DNA of 58,055 bases from Deltaproteobacteria bacterium (GTDB lineage: Bacteria > Desulfobacterota > Binatia > UBA1149 > CAYXZP01). Each line of letters opens with the position of its first letter. Positions within the stretch are counted from its first letter, which is position 1. The stretch is from the NCBI GenBank assembly GCA_046583395.1, contig JAYGCK010000090.1, forward strand, positions 1 through 58,055, in the 5' to 3' direction. The notes beneath the pieces are model-generated. The model was not told the DNA's origin, did not search any database, and saw nothing but the letters and a program-made list of their open reading frames with translations. This document shows, one piece after another, positions 18,495 to 30,341 of the stretch. Made by a program: the position numbers and the translations under genes.

Positions 18495-19361
18495 ATGGAA
18501 TACACCACCGACACACTGGTAGACGGGCTGGCTTTCCCCGAAGGACCGCGCTGGCGCAACGACCGGCTGTGGTTTTCGGACATGCACCAACACACGGTCT
18601 TTAGTGCCGGGCTAGACGGCGACCTTGACGAGGTCTGCGAGTTGCCGGGCAAGCCCTCGGGCCTTGGCTGGCTCCCCGACGACGGCCGTGAGGACAGCGG
18701 TCGACTTCTGATTGTTTCGATGGTTGACCGCTGCCTGATGCGGCTCGACCCGGATGGCCCCCACAAGATAGCCGACCTCTCGGACCTGGCCTCCTACCAC
18801 ACCAACGACATGGTCGTCGACGCTCTCGGGCGCGCCTATATCGGCAACTTCGGTTTCGACATCGACTGCGAGACACCGGCCCCGCGGCCTGCCGAACTGA
18901 TAATGGTCGACAGGGGAGGTTTGGCCCGTGTGGCAGCCGACGAGCTGATGTTCCCAAACGGCACCGTCATATCACCCGACGGACGGACACTGGTCGTTTG
19001 CGAGACCTTCGCCTCACGTCTTACCGCCTTCGACATCGAGGCCGACGGCAGCCTGAGCGGCCGAAGGCTTTGGGCCGGGCTCGACGGCATCTTGCCCGAC
19101 GGCTGCTGCTTGGATGCCGAGGGAGCGATATGGGTGGCCACGGTCACCGGCAACCAACTCGTCCGTGTTCAGGAGGGCGGGAACATCACCGACCGTGTAA
19201 ATCTCGAAACCGAGTCCTACGCCTGCATGTTGGGCGGTGACGACGGTCGTACGCTGTTCATTTGCACCGCGGCCACATCCGACCCCCGCCAGGCCTTGGA
19301 GCAAAGGCGCGGCCGCATCGAGACCGCAGAGATAGCCGTGCCGGGCGCGGGGCTTCCCTGA
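18495..19361 (+). CDS. SMP-30/gluconolactonase/LRE family protein
   Basis: FPEGPRW, LWFSDM, PSGLGW, NDMVVD..GRAYIGN, FPNG..ISPDG, PDG.CLDAEG.IWVA. Confidence 0.92.
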   Translation: MEYTTDTLVDGLAFPEGPRWRNDRLWFSDMHQHTVFSAGLDGDLDEVCELPGKPSGLGWLPDDGREDSGRLLIVSMVDRCLMRLDPDGPHKIADLSDLASYHTNDMVVDALGRAYIGNFGFDIDCETPAPRPAELIMVDRGGLARVAADELMFPNGTVISPDGRTLVVCETFASRLTAFDIEADGSLSGRRLWAGLDGILPDGCCLDAEGAIWVATVTGNQLVRVQEGGNITDRVNLETESYACMLGGDDGRTLFICTAATSDPRQALEQRRGRIETAEIAVPGAGLP

Positions 19362-19400
19362 ACAAGGGCCGCGATATAGTGAGGGCTAGGAGGATAACTT

Positions 19401-20060
19401 ATGGCCTTACGTATAGGTGACCAGGCCCCGGACTTCAGCGCCGAGTCCACCGAAGGGACGATAAGCTTCCACGATTGGATAGGGGAGGGCTGGGCGGTCC
19501 TGTTCTCACACCCAAAGGACTTTACGCCGGTATGCACGACCGAGCTTGGCTATGTGGCCGGCCTCAAACCCGAGTTCGACCGGCGCGATTGCAAGGTCAT
19601 CGGCTTAAGCATCGATTCGGTCGACGACCACGAGGCCTGGGCCGGCGATATCGAGGAGACCCAGGGCCATGCGCTCAACTTTCCGCTCATCGGCGACAGC
19701 GACCTCGAGGTGGCCAAGCTCTACGACATGATTCACCCCAACGCTTCGGGCAAGGCCAAGGAGCGGTCGGCGGCCGACAACGCGACCATCCGTTCGGTCT
19801 TCATCATCGGCCCCGACAAGGCCATCAAGCTGGTCCTGACCTATCCGATGGCCACCGGCCGCAACTTCGACGAGATACTGCGCGTGCTCGACTCCATACA
19901 GCTCACGGCCAAGCACAAAGTGGCCACACCGGTGAACTGGAAGCGTGGCGAGGACGTCATCATCGTACCCGCGGTATCGGACGAAGAGGCCAGCGAGCGT
20001 TTCCCGGACGGCTGGGACGCCCCCAAGCCTTATCTGCGGATAGTTCCCGAACCCGAATAA
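19401..20060 (+). CDS. 1-Cys peroxiredoxin (Prx6 subfamily)
   Basis: LFSHPKDFTPVCTTE, YP..TGRNFDEILR, ATPVNW, PYLR; strong AGGAGG SD. Confidence 0.95.
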   Translation: MALRIGDQAPDFSAESTEGTISFHDWIGEGWAVLFSHPKDFTPVCTTELGYVAGLKPEFDRRDCKVIGLSIDSVDDHEAWAGDIEETQGHALNFPLIGDSDLEVAKLYDMIHPNASGKAKERSAADNATIRSVFIIGPDKAIKLVLTYPMATGRNFDEILRVLDSIQLTAKHKVATPVNWKRGEDVIIVPAVSDEEASERFPDGWDAPKPYLRIVPEPE

Positions 20061-20082
20061 CCCGGCGGCCGGCCTTTAGGAC

Positions 20083-20496
20083 TCAAGGCATCTCGAGCAG
20101 TTCGAGGATGCCGCCGCTTGGGGCCTCGAGATAGGCAAATGCGATATCGTCGGCGATTCGTTTGTAAAAGACCGTTTCGTATCCTTCGGCCTCCAAGTTA
20201 GTGATGCGCTCGTCGATCCGGTCGACACGGAAGCGAATGTGGTGGAGGCCTTCGCCGTGGCGCTCGATATGTTCGCTATGAGGGGTCTGACCCTCCATGA
20301 CCTCGATAAGCTCTATCTCGAGCGGACCGTCGTTGTTGGTGGCGACCTTGAGACGGCAATCGACCATGCGTCCCCGGTAACTGACCGCTTCTAACGGATA
20401 CTCGGCAAGCTCAAAGGGGCCGTGCAGTTTCTCGTAGGCCGGCAGCGAGACCTCCATGTTGCGGACCACGTAGGCCACCTGGTCGAGCTTCCACAC
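20083..20496 (-). CDS. VOC/glyoxalase family protein (methylmalonyl-CoA epimerase-like fold)
   Basis: LDQVAYVV, EIELIE, HGEGLHHI, FAYL...GG.LELLE. Start estimated at GTG 20496. Confidence 0.8.
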   Translation of the reverse strand: MWKLDQVAYVVRNMEVSLPAYEKLHGPFELAEYPLEAVSYRGRMVDCRLKVATNNDGPLEIELIEVMEGQTPHSEHIERHGEGLHHIRFRVDRIDERITNLEAEGYETVFYKRIADDIAFAYLEAPSGGILELLEMP

Positions 20497-20515
20497 GGGC
20501 CAAAGACTAGCCGGG

Positions 20516-21970
20516 TCAGTCGTCGAGGCCGAAGAGCAGGTCGACCAGTTCGTTGGCCACCCCGAGCGAGATCGTGCCCAAACAGGCCGGATCTGGCGTA
20601 GCGTCGGTCGGGAAGGAGCACCCCTGGAGCCCGCCGGTATCGGTGCACTTGGCGAACTGGCCGGCCACCTTGGCGCGCAGCTTGTCGAGCTTGGCGGCAT
20701 AGCTGGCGCTACAGTCGATAGGCTCATCGGCGACGATGTTGGCGATCTCGCAGCGTGACAGGACCTTGGTGGCGATCAAGGCCGACTTGGCCGTAACCTT
20801 GAGCAAGCGGGTTTGGCAGGACGCGGCCTCGGCCGTAACGGCCACCGCTGGCAAGTCGGGCGGATTGGAACCGCTAGCGGCCTCAAAGATGTCCGCGGTG
20901 GCCTCGTCCTGACGGCACACCAGGCAATCGACGAGGTCGTCGAGACCGCCCAGCTCTATGGTCTCGCAGGCCCCCCCGCAGTCGTCGGCCAGGTCAAGCA
21001 GCGAGGGGGTCAGCCCCTGCGGGGCGCAAACGCGGTCACGGTTGCCACCCAGCAAACGGCCGAGCTTGTCCTCGGCAGTGCTCAAGCGGACTTCGCGCAG
21101 GCCCTCACTGCAGGCTCTGCCCCAGGCGGCATCAACGTAGCAGCGATCCCACTCGCGAAGATGCCTCTTGCTGTAGCGGCCAAAGCGCTTGGCCACCGAA
21201 CCAAGGCAGGCGTGGCGCTGGTCGGCCGGTGCGCGCACATGCATAACGCCGACACCGGACAGCGACACATCAAGGGTCGCCTCATCGGCATCGGGGTCGT
21301 TGGTCTCGATACGCAAGACCCCGGCCTCGAAGGCACCGGTGGGCGGCGAAAAGCTCACGGTGATGGTCACGTTCTGGCCCACCGCTATCTCGAAGGGCGC
21401 CACGGGCCCATCGGCCGCGAACATGGGGCTGGAGCCCTCGACCAGGCCATAGGATGACACCAGCAAGGGATGTTCGCTGCCGTTGTTGTAGATGGTCAGT
21501 GCAGAACTGCCGGTGGAACCTGCGTCGGCAAGGATACCGATGGAGGGAACCGAGATGCGAACATCGAGCGGTTCCAAGCAGGAGACCACGCCCGGGGTGG
21601 CGTAACCGTCAAACCCTTGAGGGGCTCCCATGGCCTCGTAGTAGTTAGCGCACGAGTAGCCGGGCAGGGTCAGGTAGTCGAGGAGTTCCTCTACATTGCT
21701 GAAACCGTCCTCGTCGCTGTCGCCGTTCTCGGAATCGGCCAGCGACCTCTGTATCGATTTGCCGACGTAGAGATGCTGTTGCACCAAGTTGCCGAAGGGA
21801 TTGCGTGGACCGGTGCCGTCCCATTTGAAATGACAGACGGCGCAGGTGTAAAGACGCGACTCCTCGGTGATTCCATAGGTGGAGGTCAGCACGTCGAAGT
21901 AGGTCGGCCGAGAATCGGCCTTGCCCGCCGCCGAGACCACGAGCGCCAGCGCTAGTGCCAACACCCTCAC
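20516..21970 (-). CDS. Secreted monoheme c-type cytochrome with Ca-binding-like motif, Ig-like domain and 14-Cys C-terminal domain
   Basis: Signal peptide; CAVCH...GPRNPFG; DSDEDGFSNVEE...TLPG (TSP3-like); LTIYNNGS.PL.V...V.FSP...G.L.I.TNDPD...L.G.G (Ig-like); GTG 21970 overlaps the upstream TGA and follows GGAGG. Confidence 0.8.
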   Translation of the reverse strand: MRVLALALALVVSAAGKADSRPTYFDVLTSTYGITEESRLYTCAVCHFKWDGTGPRNPFGNLVQQHLYVGKSIQRSLADSENGDSDEDGFSNVEELLDYLTLPGYSCANYYEAMGAPQGFDGYATPGVVSCLEPLDVRISVPSIGILADAGSTGSSALTIYNNGSEHPLLVSSYGLVEGSSPMFAADGPVAPFEIAVGQNVTITVSFSPPTGAFEAGVLRIETNDPDADEATLDVSLSGVGVMHVRAPADQRHACLGSVAKRFGRYSKRHLREWDRCYVDAAWGRACSEGLREVRLSTAEDKLGRLLGGNRDRVCAPQGLTPSLLDLADDCGGACETIELGGLDDLVDCLVCRQDEATADIFEAASGSNPPDLPAVAVTAEAASCQTRLLKVTAKSALIATKVLSRCEIANIVADEPIDCSASYAAKLDKLRAKVAGQFAKCTDTGGLQGCSFPTDATPDPACLGTISLGVANELVDLLFGLDD

Positions 21971-24372
21971 GGCTGTGCCACCTCCACCGTGGCCGCCACC
22001 ACCGCTGCCAACGACTGCTCCATGCAGGCCGAAACATCGGCCGCCGCACCGGCAGTCGCACAACCCGCCAACCCCCCAAAGCCGCTCTTACAAGCCGCCA
22101 CCTTGCGCACGGCCTTACTCTTGGCCTTGGCTATCTTGCCACGCGGGTCGGCCGAACAATCTGCAGGACTGGCGGCCCTCAGGTTTCTATCCTCGCAACC
22201 AAGCAACGCGCCCGCCCAGCCGGTGGCCAGTTTGGCGGCGGCGATGCCGAGCGACTTCTGACACGACCGCATCTCGGCCGCTGCGGCCGCCGGTCTGTCA
22301 GGAGGCGAGGTGTTGTAGGCGGCCTCGAGTGCTTGGCCGGCCAGGCTATCGCCGACACAGATGGCGCAGTCGGCCATGTCGCCCATGTCATGAAGAACCA
22401 CCGTGCCGTCGCAGGGGACCGGACACACGCTGCCGTGGCCGAGTGTTTCGGGAACCAAATCGACGGTGGCACAGCGACGGTCGCGGTTTCCTCCTACCTT
22501 GGAGCGCAACTTGGCCGCAGCCTTGGAGACCTTGGCCTCGAGCGCACCCTCGTTGCAGCCCACCCCGGCCGAGGACGACTGGTAACAGCGCGCCCAAGCT
22601 TTCAAGTATTTCTTGAGATACTTGCCCTGGCCGCGGAGCAACACACGGCGACAAGCGTCGACGGTACCAGCGTCTGACTCATAGAAGGCCCGGGCCATGG
22701 CCACTGGCTCGGACATTCCGTATTGGCTCCACAGGTCATAGAGGAGGGGGCCGGCCGCATTGGTCACGTTCTCGTCGAAGAGGAACTCTATGTATTCGCG
22801 TGAAGCGGTCTGGTAGTAGAGCGTGACCTCGGCACGAACCGCTTGGGCGCCCACAGGATAGACCACGTCGTCCCAATACTGGCCGTCTGCGAAGTCCTGC
22901 CCGACCGGATGGCCGTCGAATGACTGATAGGCGGCGTTGGTGAAGCCGCGCGGTGGTATGCGGTTGTCCTTTTCGCGTACGTTGTTGAGTACCAGATGGG
23001 AGCTTGGGCCGGGAACATGCCCGACGACGGCCGCCCATTCGGGGCTCATGCCGTGCACCGCCTCCCACACCTGAAGATACGAGTCGTAGTCGGGCTCACC
23101 GTTGGCCGAATCGTGACCAACCAAGGTGGCGGTCTCGAACACATAGCGGCCCGACTCGAAGACGACCCGGCGCTCGGCGTCGGTTGCCCGCACGTGCAAC
23201 CACATGCGCCGTCCGTCGGGATAACCGGTGGGAAGCTTGTGGCCGCTCTCGTTGCTAACGCGCACGGTCAACTGACCGGCTGAGATGTCGGCCGAAAGCG
23301 TGGCGGCCTTTCTCAGCATCGCTTCGGCCTTGTCGGCGCCGTCGAGCAGCACCTCACGGTCGACCTCGTCCCCAAACACCGGATGATAGGGCAACACCTT
23401 GGGAATGAATGTGTTGGCGCCGACCATCTCGTGGAGCGGGAGGTCGTCGCGCAGGGGACCGTCCTCGGCATCGATGCCGCTGACGTCGGGCATGTGGCAG
23501 TCCTGACAGGTCGATACGACCGCCTTGTTGCCGCCGAACTGCGGAGCGTAGACGCCCGCAGAGGCGTACTCGCTCTCCTTCCACTCGTCGTAGGTCGACT
23601 GTTCGGGGAAGGCGAGTGCGGGATTGCCCGGCTGCCCAAAAGGATTGGGGTCATAGCCGCCCCCGGCATTGCGACTGAACACGGGGTTCCCCACGTTGTG
23701 GCAGGTCCCGCAAAGCGCCGAACTCTGGTGAAAAGGCGAGACCAGAGTACCGTGCGAGGGAACATGCGGGTCGCCAGCATTGTCGGCGACTACGTCAAAA
23801 GGACCGCGCAGCCTGGCCTCGGGGTCGATTACCATCTGTGCAGACCCCAAGGTCGTCACCGGCACCATAAGTGCGGCGATGATGGCAGCGTCGGCCACGG
23901 GGGCATCCTGGCCGCCAAACGGATCGACCATGCGGTGGCACACCGAGCATTGGACACCGTGGCGGTCGCCGGCGTTCATCGCAGTGCCATCGGTCGGGAC
24001 CGAACGGCCCTCGATCCAGCCGCGTGGCAGATGGCAGCGCAGACAGGTCTCGCCCGATTCGTCGAGGTCCTGGTTGGCCACGGCCATGGCGGCCCACATT
24101 AAGGGGTCGCGGCCGGACTGCGCCATCATCGAACCCTGCCAATTGCGGTAGGGTTCGACCTCGGGGCTGCCGTAACCGGCATGACAGTCGGTGCACTGGT
24201 CGGGCGTGGCCAGGCCATCGATCAGGCTTAGTGGTTGGGTCCCGGGCAGGCTGAAGTCCTGGGCCGTGGTAGGGGAATCGGCTAGCACGGGCGGCACCGC
24301 CAACAACAAGGCCAACACTGCGCCAATAGATACAACTAGACGGTCCGACGCTCTTTGTTCGTAGCGCAGCAT
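21967..24372 (-). CDS. Secreted pentaheme c-type cytochrome with 14-Cys C-terminal domain
   Basis: Signal peptide ending VLA; five CxxCH motifs (CTDCH, CLRCH, CSVCH, CGTCH, CQDCH); W.GSMMAQSGRDP, GHKLPTG..RR.WL, DNRIPPRGF. Confidence 0.88.
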   Translation of the reverse strand: MLRYEQRASDRLVVSIGAVLALLLAVPPVLADSPTTAQDFSLPGTQPLSLIDGLATPDQCTDCHAGYGSPEVEPYRNWQGSMMAQSGRDPLMWAAMAVANQDLDESGETCLRCHLPRGWIEGRSVPTDGTAMNAGDRHGVQCSVCHRMVDPFGGQDAPVADAAIIAALMVPVTTLGSAQMVIDPEARLRGPFDVVADNAGDPHVPSHGTLVSPFHQSSALCGTCHNVGNPVFSRNAGGGYDPNPFGQPGNPALAFPEQSTYDEWKESEYASAGVYAPQFGGNKAVVSTCQDCHMPDVSGIDAEDGPLRDDLPLHEMVGANTFIPKVLPYHPVFGDEVDREVLLDGADKAEAMLRKAATLSADISAGQLTVRVSNESGHKLPTGYPDGRRMWLHVRATDAERRVVFESGRYVFETATLVGHDSANGEPDYDSYLQVWEAVHGMSPEWAAVVGHVPGPSSHLVLNNVREKDNRIPPRGFTNAAYQSFDGHPVGQDFADGQYWDDVVYPVGAQAVRAEVTLYYQTASREYIEFLFDENVTNAAGPLLYDLWSQYGMSEPVAMARAFYESDAGTVDACRRVLLRGQGKYLKKYLKAWARCYQSSSAGVGCNEGALEAKVSKAAAKLRSKVGGNRDRRCATVDLVPETLGHGSVCPVPCDGTVVLHDMGDMADCAICVGDSLAGQALEAAYNTSPPDRPAAAAAEMRSCQKSLGIAAAKLATGWAGALLGCEDRNLRAASPADCSADPRGKIAKAKSKAVRKVAACKSGFGGLAGCATAGAAADVSACMEQSLAAVVAATVEVAQP

Positions 24373-24507
24373 GATCACCGGCGGCTCGCTCTCACCCCAA
24401 CCAGAAGCGACAGTGAACCCTGGTCCTCTACGTTCACACCCGGCTCGGCGGCTGTCAACGAACCCGCCCCCCCGATGGGGTGGGTTCACGTGCGAAAAAG
24501 CCCGCTT

Positions 24508-25131
24508 CTAGTCCACTCCGGGCAAGCCCCTCGGGCTGCCGGCCGCGAACAGGTCGTCGGGCGCCAGACGGCCTGCAATCAATTCGTCCAGGACAGACGC
24601 CGTAAAGCCCAAGGCGAAGCTGCGCGGTGTGAAGGGCTCGGTCGGGTCCAAGTCGCCGCTTGTCCGACCGCTGTCTTGCAGCCCGTAGACCAGTAGCAGC
24701 TCAAGACCGGCGGGTTCGAAGCGCGCGCTTTCAAGGCGGGCAAGGACCGGCCGGGCCACCGTGTCCCAGACCCGGCGGTCGCTGTCCTCGACCGCGACGG
24801 CGCCAGCCTCAAAGATGATGCCGGTATCGACACGGATACGCAGATGGCCGGGGCCCAGGTCCGGAGATGGCCCGACCACCTCGACCTCGCTTGGGGCCAA
24901 CGCCCCGGCCTTCATCGATTCCATTAAAAGTAACACTTGAACTGTAAGCGCATCGGGGCCGTAGCTGTTGGCCGTATCGGCCAGTTCGGCGGCCAGCTCC
25001 TCGACCCGCGCTCGCAGCTGTCCGTCGCGGTCGCCACCACCGGCCCCATCGCCGGCAACGGCGGGGCAGGGCGCCGCGCTTAGCAGAACCGCGCTCAGTG
25101 CGATAATGAAGAACCTGGGCACGGCTGCCAT
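24508..25131 (-). CDS. Hypothetical exported protein
   Basis: N-terminal signal peptide; co-oriented upstream of the cytochrome pair; no recognised motif. Confidence 0.6.
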   Translation of the reverse strand: MAAVPRFFIIALSAVLLSAAPCPAVAGDGAGGGDRDGQLRARVEELAAELADTANSYGPDALTVQVLLLMESMKAGALAPSEVEVVGPSPDLGPGHLRIRVDTGIIFEAGAVAVEDSDRRVWDTVARPVLARLESARFEPAGLELLLVYGLQDSGRTSGDLDPTEPFTPRSFALGFTASVLDELIAGRLAPDDLFAAGSPRGLPGVD

Positions 25132-25144
25132 GATGGGCGATGAG

Positions 25145-26235
25145 ATGAGAAAGGGGAAGGCGCGGGGTTGGCCGCTACCGCGCGAGCACTACCGGCTGCT
25201 GTCGGCCCTTCGTAACGGCCTGGACCACGGGCCGGCCGCCGGCCACCTGCTGGTGGCGGTCTCGGGCGGGTCCGACTCGATGGCCTTGCTCGAGCTTGTC
25301 GCACTAGCCGCCAGCAGCGGCCCACTGAAAGTTACCGCCTGCCACATCGACCACCAAGTTCGTCCCAACGGCCCGCGCGAGCGGGACTTTGTAGCGGCCG
25401 GCGCCGCCCAGCTAGGTCTGGCGTTCACCAGCCGCACGGTGACCGACCCCGGCCGTGGCGACGAAGACCACCTGCGCCGCTGCCGTTACCGGCTCCTGGA
25501 AGAAGCGGCAGAGGCTGCAGGAGCCGATCTTATCGTGACCGGCCACACCCGCGACGACCAGATTGAGACGGTACTGTTCCGCTTGCTGCGAGGTGCGGGC
25601 CTGGGCGGCTTGGCCGGCATGCGACAACGTCGCGGCCGCATCGTCCGGCCGCTTCTCGGAGAGAGCCGCGACAGCCTCAGGCGTTTCCTCCGCGACCGCG
25701 GCGTGGCCTGGTTGGACGACCCTTCGAACGCCGACATGCGCTATGCCCGCAACCGCATGCGCCACCTTGTGGTCCCGGCCCTCGAGACGGCCTTCGGCCA
25801 TGGCACGGTCGACCACATCCCGGAACTGGCCCGGCGCTGGCGCCTCGACGAGGACCATCTGGAGGCCGAGGCCCGGCGCTTTGCGGCCTTTGTTACCCGC
25901 GGCCACGGCCCGGCCGCAGAACTCGACCTTGCCGCACTGGCCGGTATCCCCGAGGCCTTGCGTGCCAGGGTGCTAAGGAACTGGGTCGGCTCGGTAGGGG
26001 GCCCCGACCCTCTAACTATCGCGCAACTAGAACGGGTGGAGGCCATCGCATCGAGCACGGCCAAGCCGGGTTCGGTGGACCTTCCCGGGCTCGTGGTCCT
26101 GTACCGGGACGGCCGGCTGCTGGCCGCATCCCCGGGAGCTGGCTCAAAAGCGAACCCGGCCGCGCGTGGAATCAACAAGGCCGACCGTGTACAAGGGCCT
26201 GTTAAGCGCGGGCCGGGAAAGCGCGCGGCAAAGCC

Positions 26236-26239
<4 letters not shown>
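25145..26239 (+). CDS. tilS: tRNA(Ile)-lysidine synthetase
   Basis: PP-loop [39 protein letters not shown]. Start uncertain (about 25130-25170). Confidence 0.93.
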
Positions 26240-28055
<1,816 letters not shown>

Positions 28056-28075
28056 CCCTTGCCGGCCGGCCAGAG

Positions 28076-28924
28076 ATGATTCTGCGCATTGGCGGCGGCG
28101 CGCTAGACCTGACCCGCCCGCGAGTGATGGGGGTGCTAAACGTCACCCCCGACTCTTTCTCCGACGGCGGCAACAACCTGACACCGGCATCGGCTCTGGC
28201 CTCGGCCCGGCGCATGGCCGCCGAAGGCGCCGACATCCTCGACATCGGCGGTGAATCGACCCGTCCGGGCGCCCGGCCGGTGAGCGCCGAGGAGGAAAAG
28301 GCGCGGATCCTGCCGGTCATCGAGGCGATAGGCGCCGAGCTGACCGTCCCGCTGTCGGTCGATACCAGCAAGGCCGAGGTCGCCCGTGCCGCCCTGGAGG
28401 CCGGGGCGGTCCTGGTCAACGACGTCTCGGCGGGCAGCTGGGACCCCAGGATGCTACCCGTGGTGGCCGAACGCGGTGCCGGCATCGTTCTCATGCACAC
28501 CCCCGCGCGGCCCGACAAGATGATGGAACGCAGCGATTACGACGATCTATGGGACACTCTGGAGGCTTGGTTCGAACAACGTCTGACCGCCGCCCACGCC
28601 GCGGGCATCGACACCGAGGCCACCGCCATCGACCCCGGCATAGGTTTCGGCAAGACCACCGCCCAAAACCTCGAACTGCTGGCCGGTCTCGACCGCCTGC
28701 GGGCGCTGGGCCGTCCGGTCCTGGTCGGACTCTCGCGCAAGCGCTTCCTGGGCCAGCTGGGCGGCCGCACCGAGCCGCTGGCACGCGACGATCTGACCAC
28801 GGCGGCCAACGCGCTGGCGCTGGCCGCGGGCGCCAACATCATAAGAACCCACGACGTTGCCCGTGGAGTGGACGCGGCCGCTGTGGCCCTGGCCTTCGGT
28901 GACCGAGCGGCCCCGGGCCGCTAA
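28076..28924 (+). CDS. folP: Dihydropteroate synthase
   Basis: MGVLNVTPDSFSDGG, DIGGESTRPG, SVDT, NDVS, DPGIGFGK, GLSRK, RTHDV. Confidence 0.96.
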   Translation: MILRIGGGALDLTRPRVMGVLNVTPDSFSDGGNNLTPASALASARRMAAEGADILDIGGESTRPGARPVSAEEEKARILPVIEAIGAELTVPLSVDTSKAEVARAALEAGAVLVNDVSAGSWDPRMLPVVAERGAGIVLMHTPARPDKMMERSDYDDLWDTLEAWFEQRLTAAHAAGIDTEATAIDPGIGFGKTTAQNLELLAGLDRLRALGRPVLVGLSRKRFLGQLGGRTEPLARDDLTTAANALALAAGANIIRTHDVARGVDAAAVALAFGDRAAPGR

Positions 28925-28974
28925 CCCGAACAATAGACATCGTTATTGCCGGCGTTCCGCGACATACTGGGCAG

Positions 28975-30336
28975 GTGAGCGGCGAGCGAAAACTGTTCGG
29001 TACCGACGGTATCCGCGGCGTGGCCAACCAGGGCCCGATGACCCCCGAGGCCATTCTCCGGCTCGGACGCGCGGTGGGGCGGCACTTCCAAACCTCGGGC
29101 GAGCGCCGCCACAAGGTCGTCATAGGAAAGGACACCCGGCTTTCGGGCTACATGGTCGAGACCGCGCTGGCCTCGGGGCTCTGTTCGATGGGGGTAGACG
29201 TGTTGCTCGTCGGCCCCATGCCGACCCCCGGAATCGCATTCCTCACCCCCAGCCTGCGCGCCGACGCCGGGGTGGCGATATCAGCCTCGCACAACCCCTT
29301 TGATGACAACGGCATAAAGTTCTTCGGACCCGACGGCTTCAAGCTTCCCGACCAGGACGAGGCCCATATCGAAAAACTGGTGTTCGGCGACGAGATTGAC
29401 CGTGTCCGTCCGACCGCCGGCGGCATCGGCAAGGCATTCAAGCTCGACGACGCCGGCGGGCGTTACAGCGTGTTCGTCAAGAACGTCGTCCCAAAGGGCC
29501 GCACCTTGGACGGCCTGCGCATCGTCGTGGACTGCGCCAACGGAGCGGCACACCGCATCGCACCGATGGTCCTCGACGAACTGGGGGCCGACGTTACGGC
29601 CATCGGCGTCGAGCCCGACGGCATCAACATCAATGACGGTTGCGGCGCGTTGCACACCGAACTCCTGCGCGAGCGTGTGGTCCGCGAGGGTGCCGACCTC
29701 GGTATCGCACTCGACGGAGATGCCGACCGCACGATAATGGTCGATGAACTGGGCCAGGAGGTCGACGGCGACCACATGATGGCCATCCTCGCTATAGGCT
29801 TGCACAAGGCGGGCCGTCTCATCGAAGACACGGTCGTGGGTACGGTGATGTCGAACCTGGGTCTGGAGCTGGCGTTGCGGCAGACCGGCATCTCGCTGGT
29901 CCGCACCCCGGTGGGTGACCGCCACGTCGTCGAGCGAATGCGTCAGCACGGTTTCAATCTCGGAGGCGAACAGTCGGGCCACATCGTCTGCCTCGACCAT
30001 ACCACCACCGGAGACGGCCTTATCACCGCGCTGTCGGTGGTAACGGCCCTGCTAGAGGCCGGCCGGCCCCTTTCAGAGCTAAAGAGCGTGGTCACCAAAT
30101 GTCCGCAGTCGCTCCTCAACGTTCGCGTCAAAGAGAAGCGGAAGCTCAGCGAGGTGCCACGCGTCGCCGACGCGATACGCGCAGCCGAAAGTGCGCTGGG
30201 CGATTCGGGCCGCGTGCTGGTCCGTTATTCGGGAACCGAGGCGCTTGCCCGGGTAATGGTCGAGGGCCAGGAAGCCGCGCTGGTCGACGCGCAGGCCCGC
30301 ATGATCGCCGACGCGGTCGAGGACTCGCTGGCCTGA
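28975..30336 (+). CDS. glmM: Phosphoglucosamine mutase
   Basis: [44 protein letters not shown]. Confidence 0.97.
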   Translation: MSGERKLFGTDGIRGVANQGPMTPEAILRLGRAVGRHFQTSGERRHKVVIGKDTRLSGYMVETALASGLCSMGVDVLLVGPMPTPGIAFLTPSLRADAGVAISASHNPFDDNGIKFFGPDGFKLPDQDEAHIEKLVFGDEIDRVRPTAGGIGKAFKLDDAGGRYSVFVKNVVPKGRTLDGLRIVVDCANGAAHRIAPMVLDELGADVTAIGVEPDGININDGCGALHTELLRERVVREGADLGIALDGDADRTIMVDELGQEVDGDHMMAILAIGLHKAGRLIEDTVVGTVMSNLGLELALRQTGISLVRTPVGDRHVVERMRQHGFNLGGEQSGHIVCLDHTTTGDGLITALSVVTALLEAGRPLSELKSVVTKCPQSLLNVRVKEKRKLSEVPRVADAIRAAESALGDSGRVLVRYSGTEALARVMVEGQEAALVDAQARMIADAVEDSLA

Positions 30337-30341
30337 ACCGG

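Noticed and set aside
21970-22063. Cys/Gly-rich N-terminal extension MCDCRCGGRC...GGGGHGGGG of ORF 20516-22063
   Set aside because: It is an alternate-frame reading of the upstream cytochrome gene end. The GTG at 21970 has an SD, stop overlap and a signal peptide.
20519-22653. Extra hemes or Fe-S clusters in the 14-Cys domains
   Set aside because: The CxxC pairs (CAIC, CLVC) lack the following His. An even Cys count in exported proteins favours disulfides.
18404-25131. Genomic island integrated at tRNA-Met
   Set aside because: No integrase, no duplicated tRNA 3' end seen, and no obvious compositional shift.
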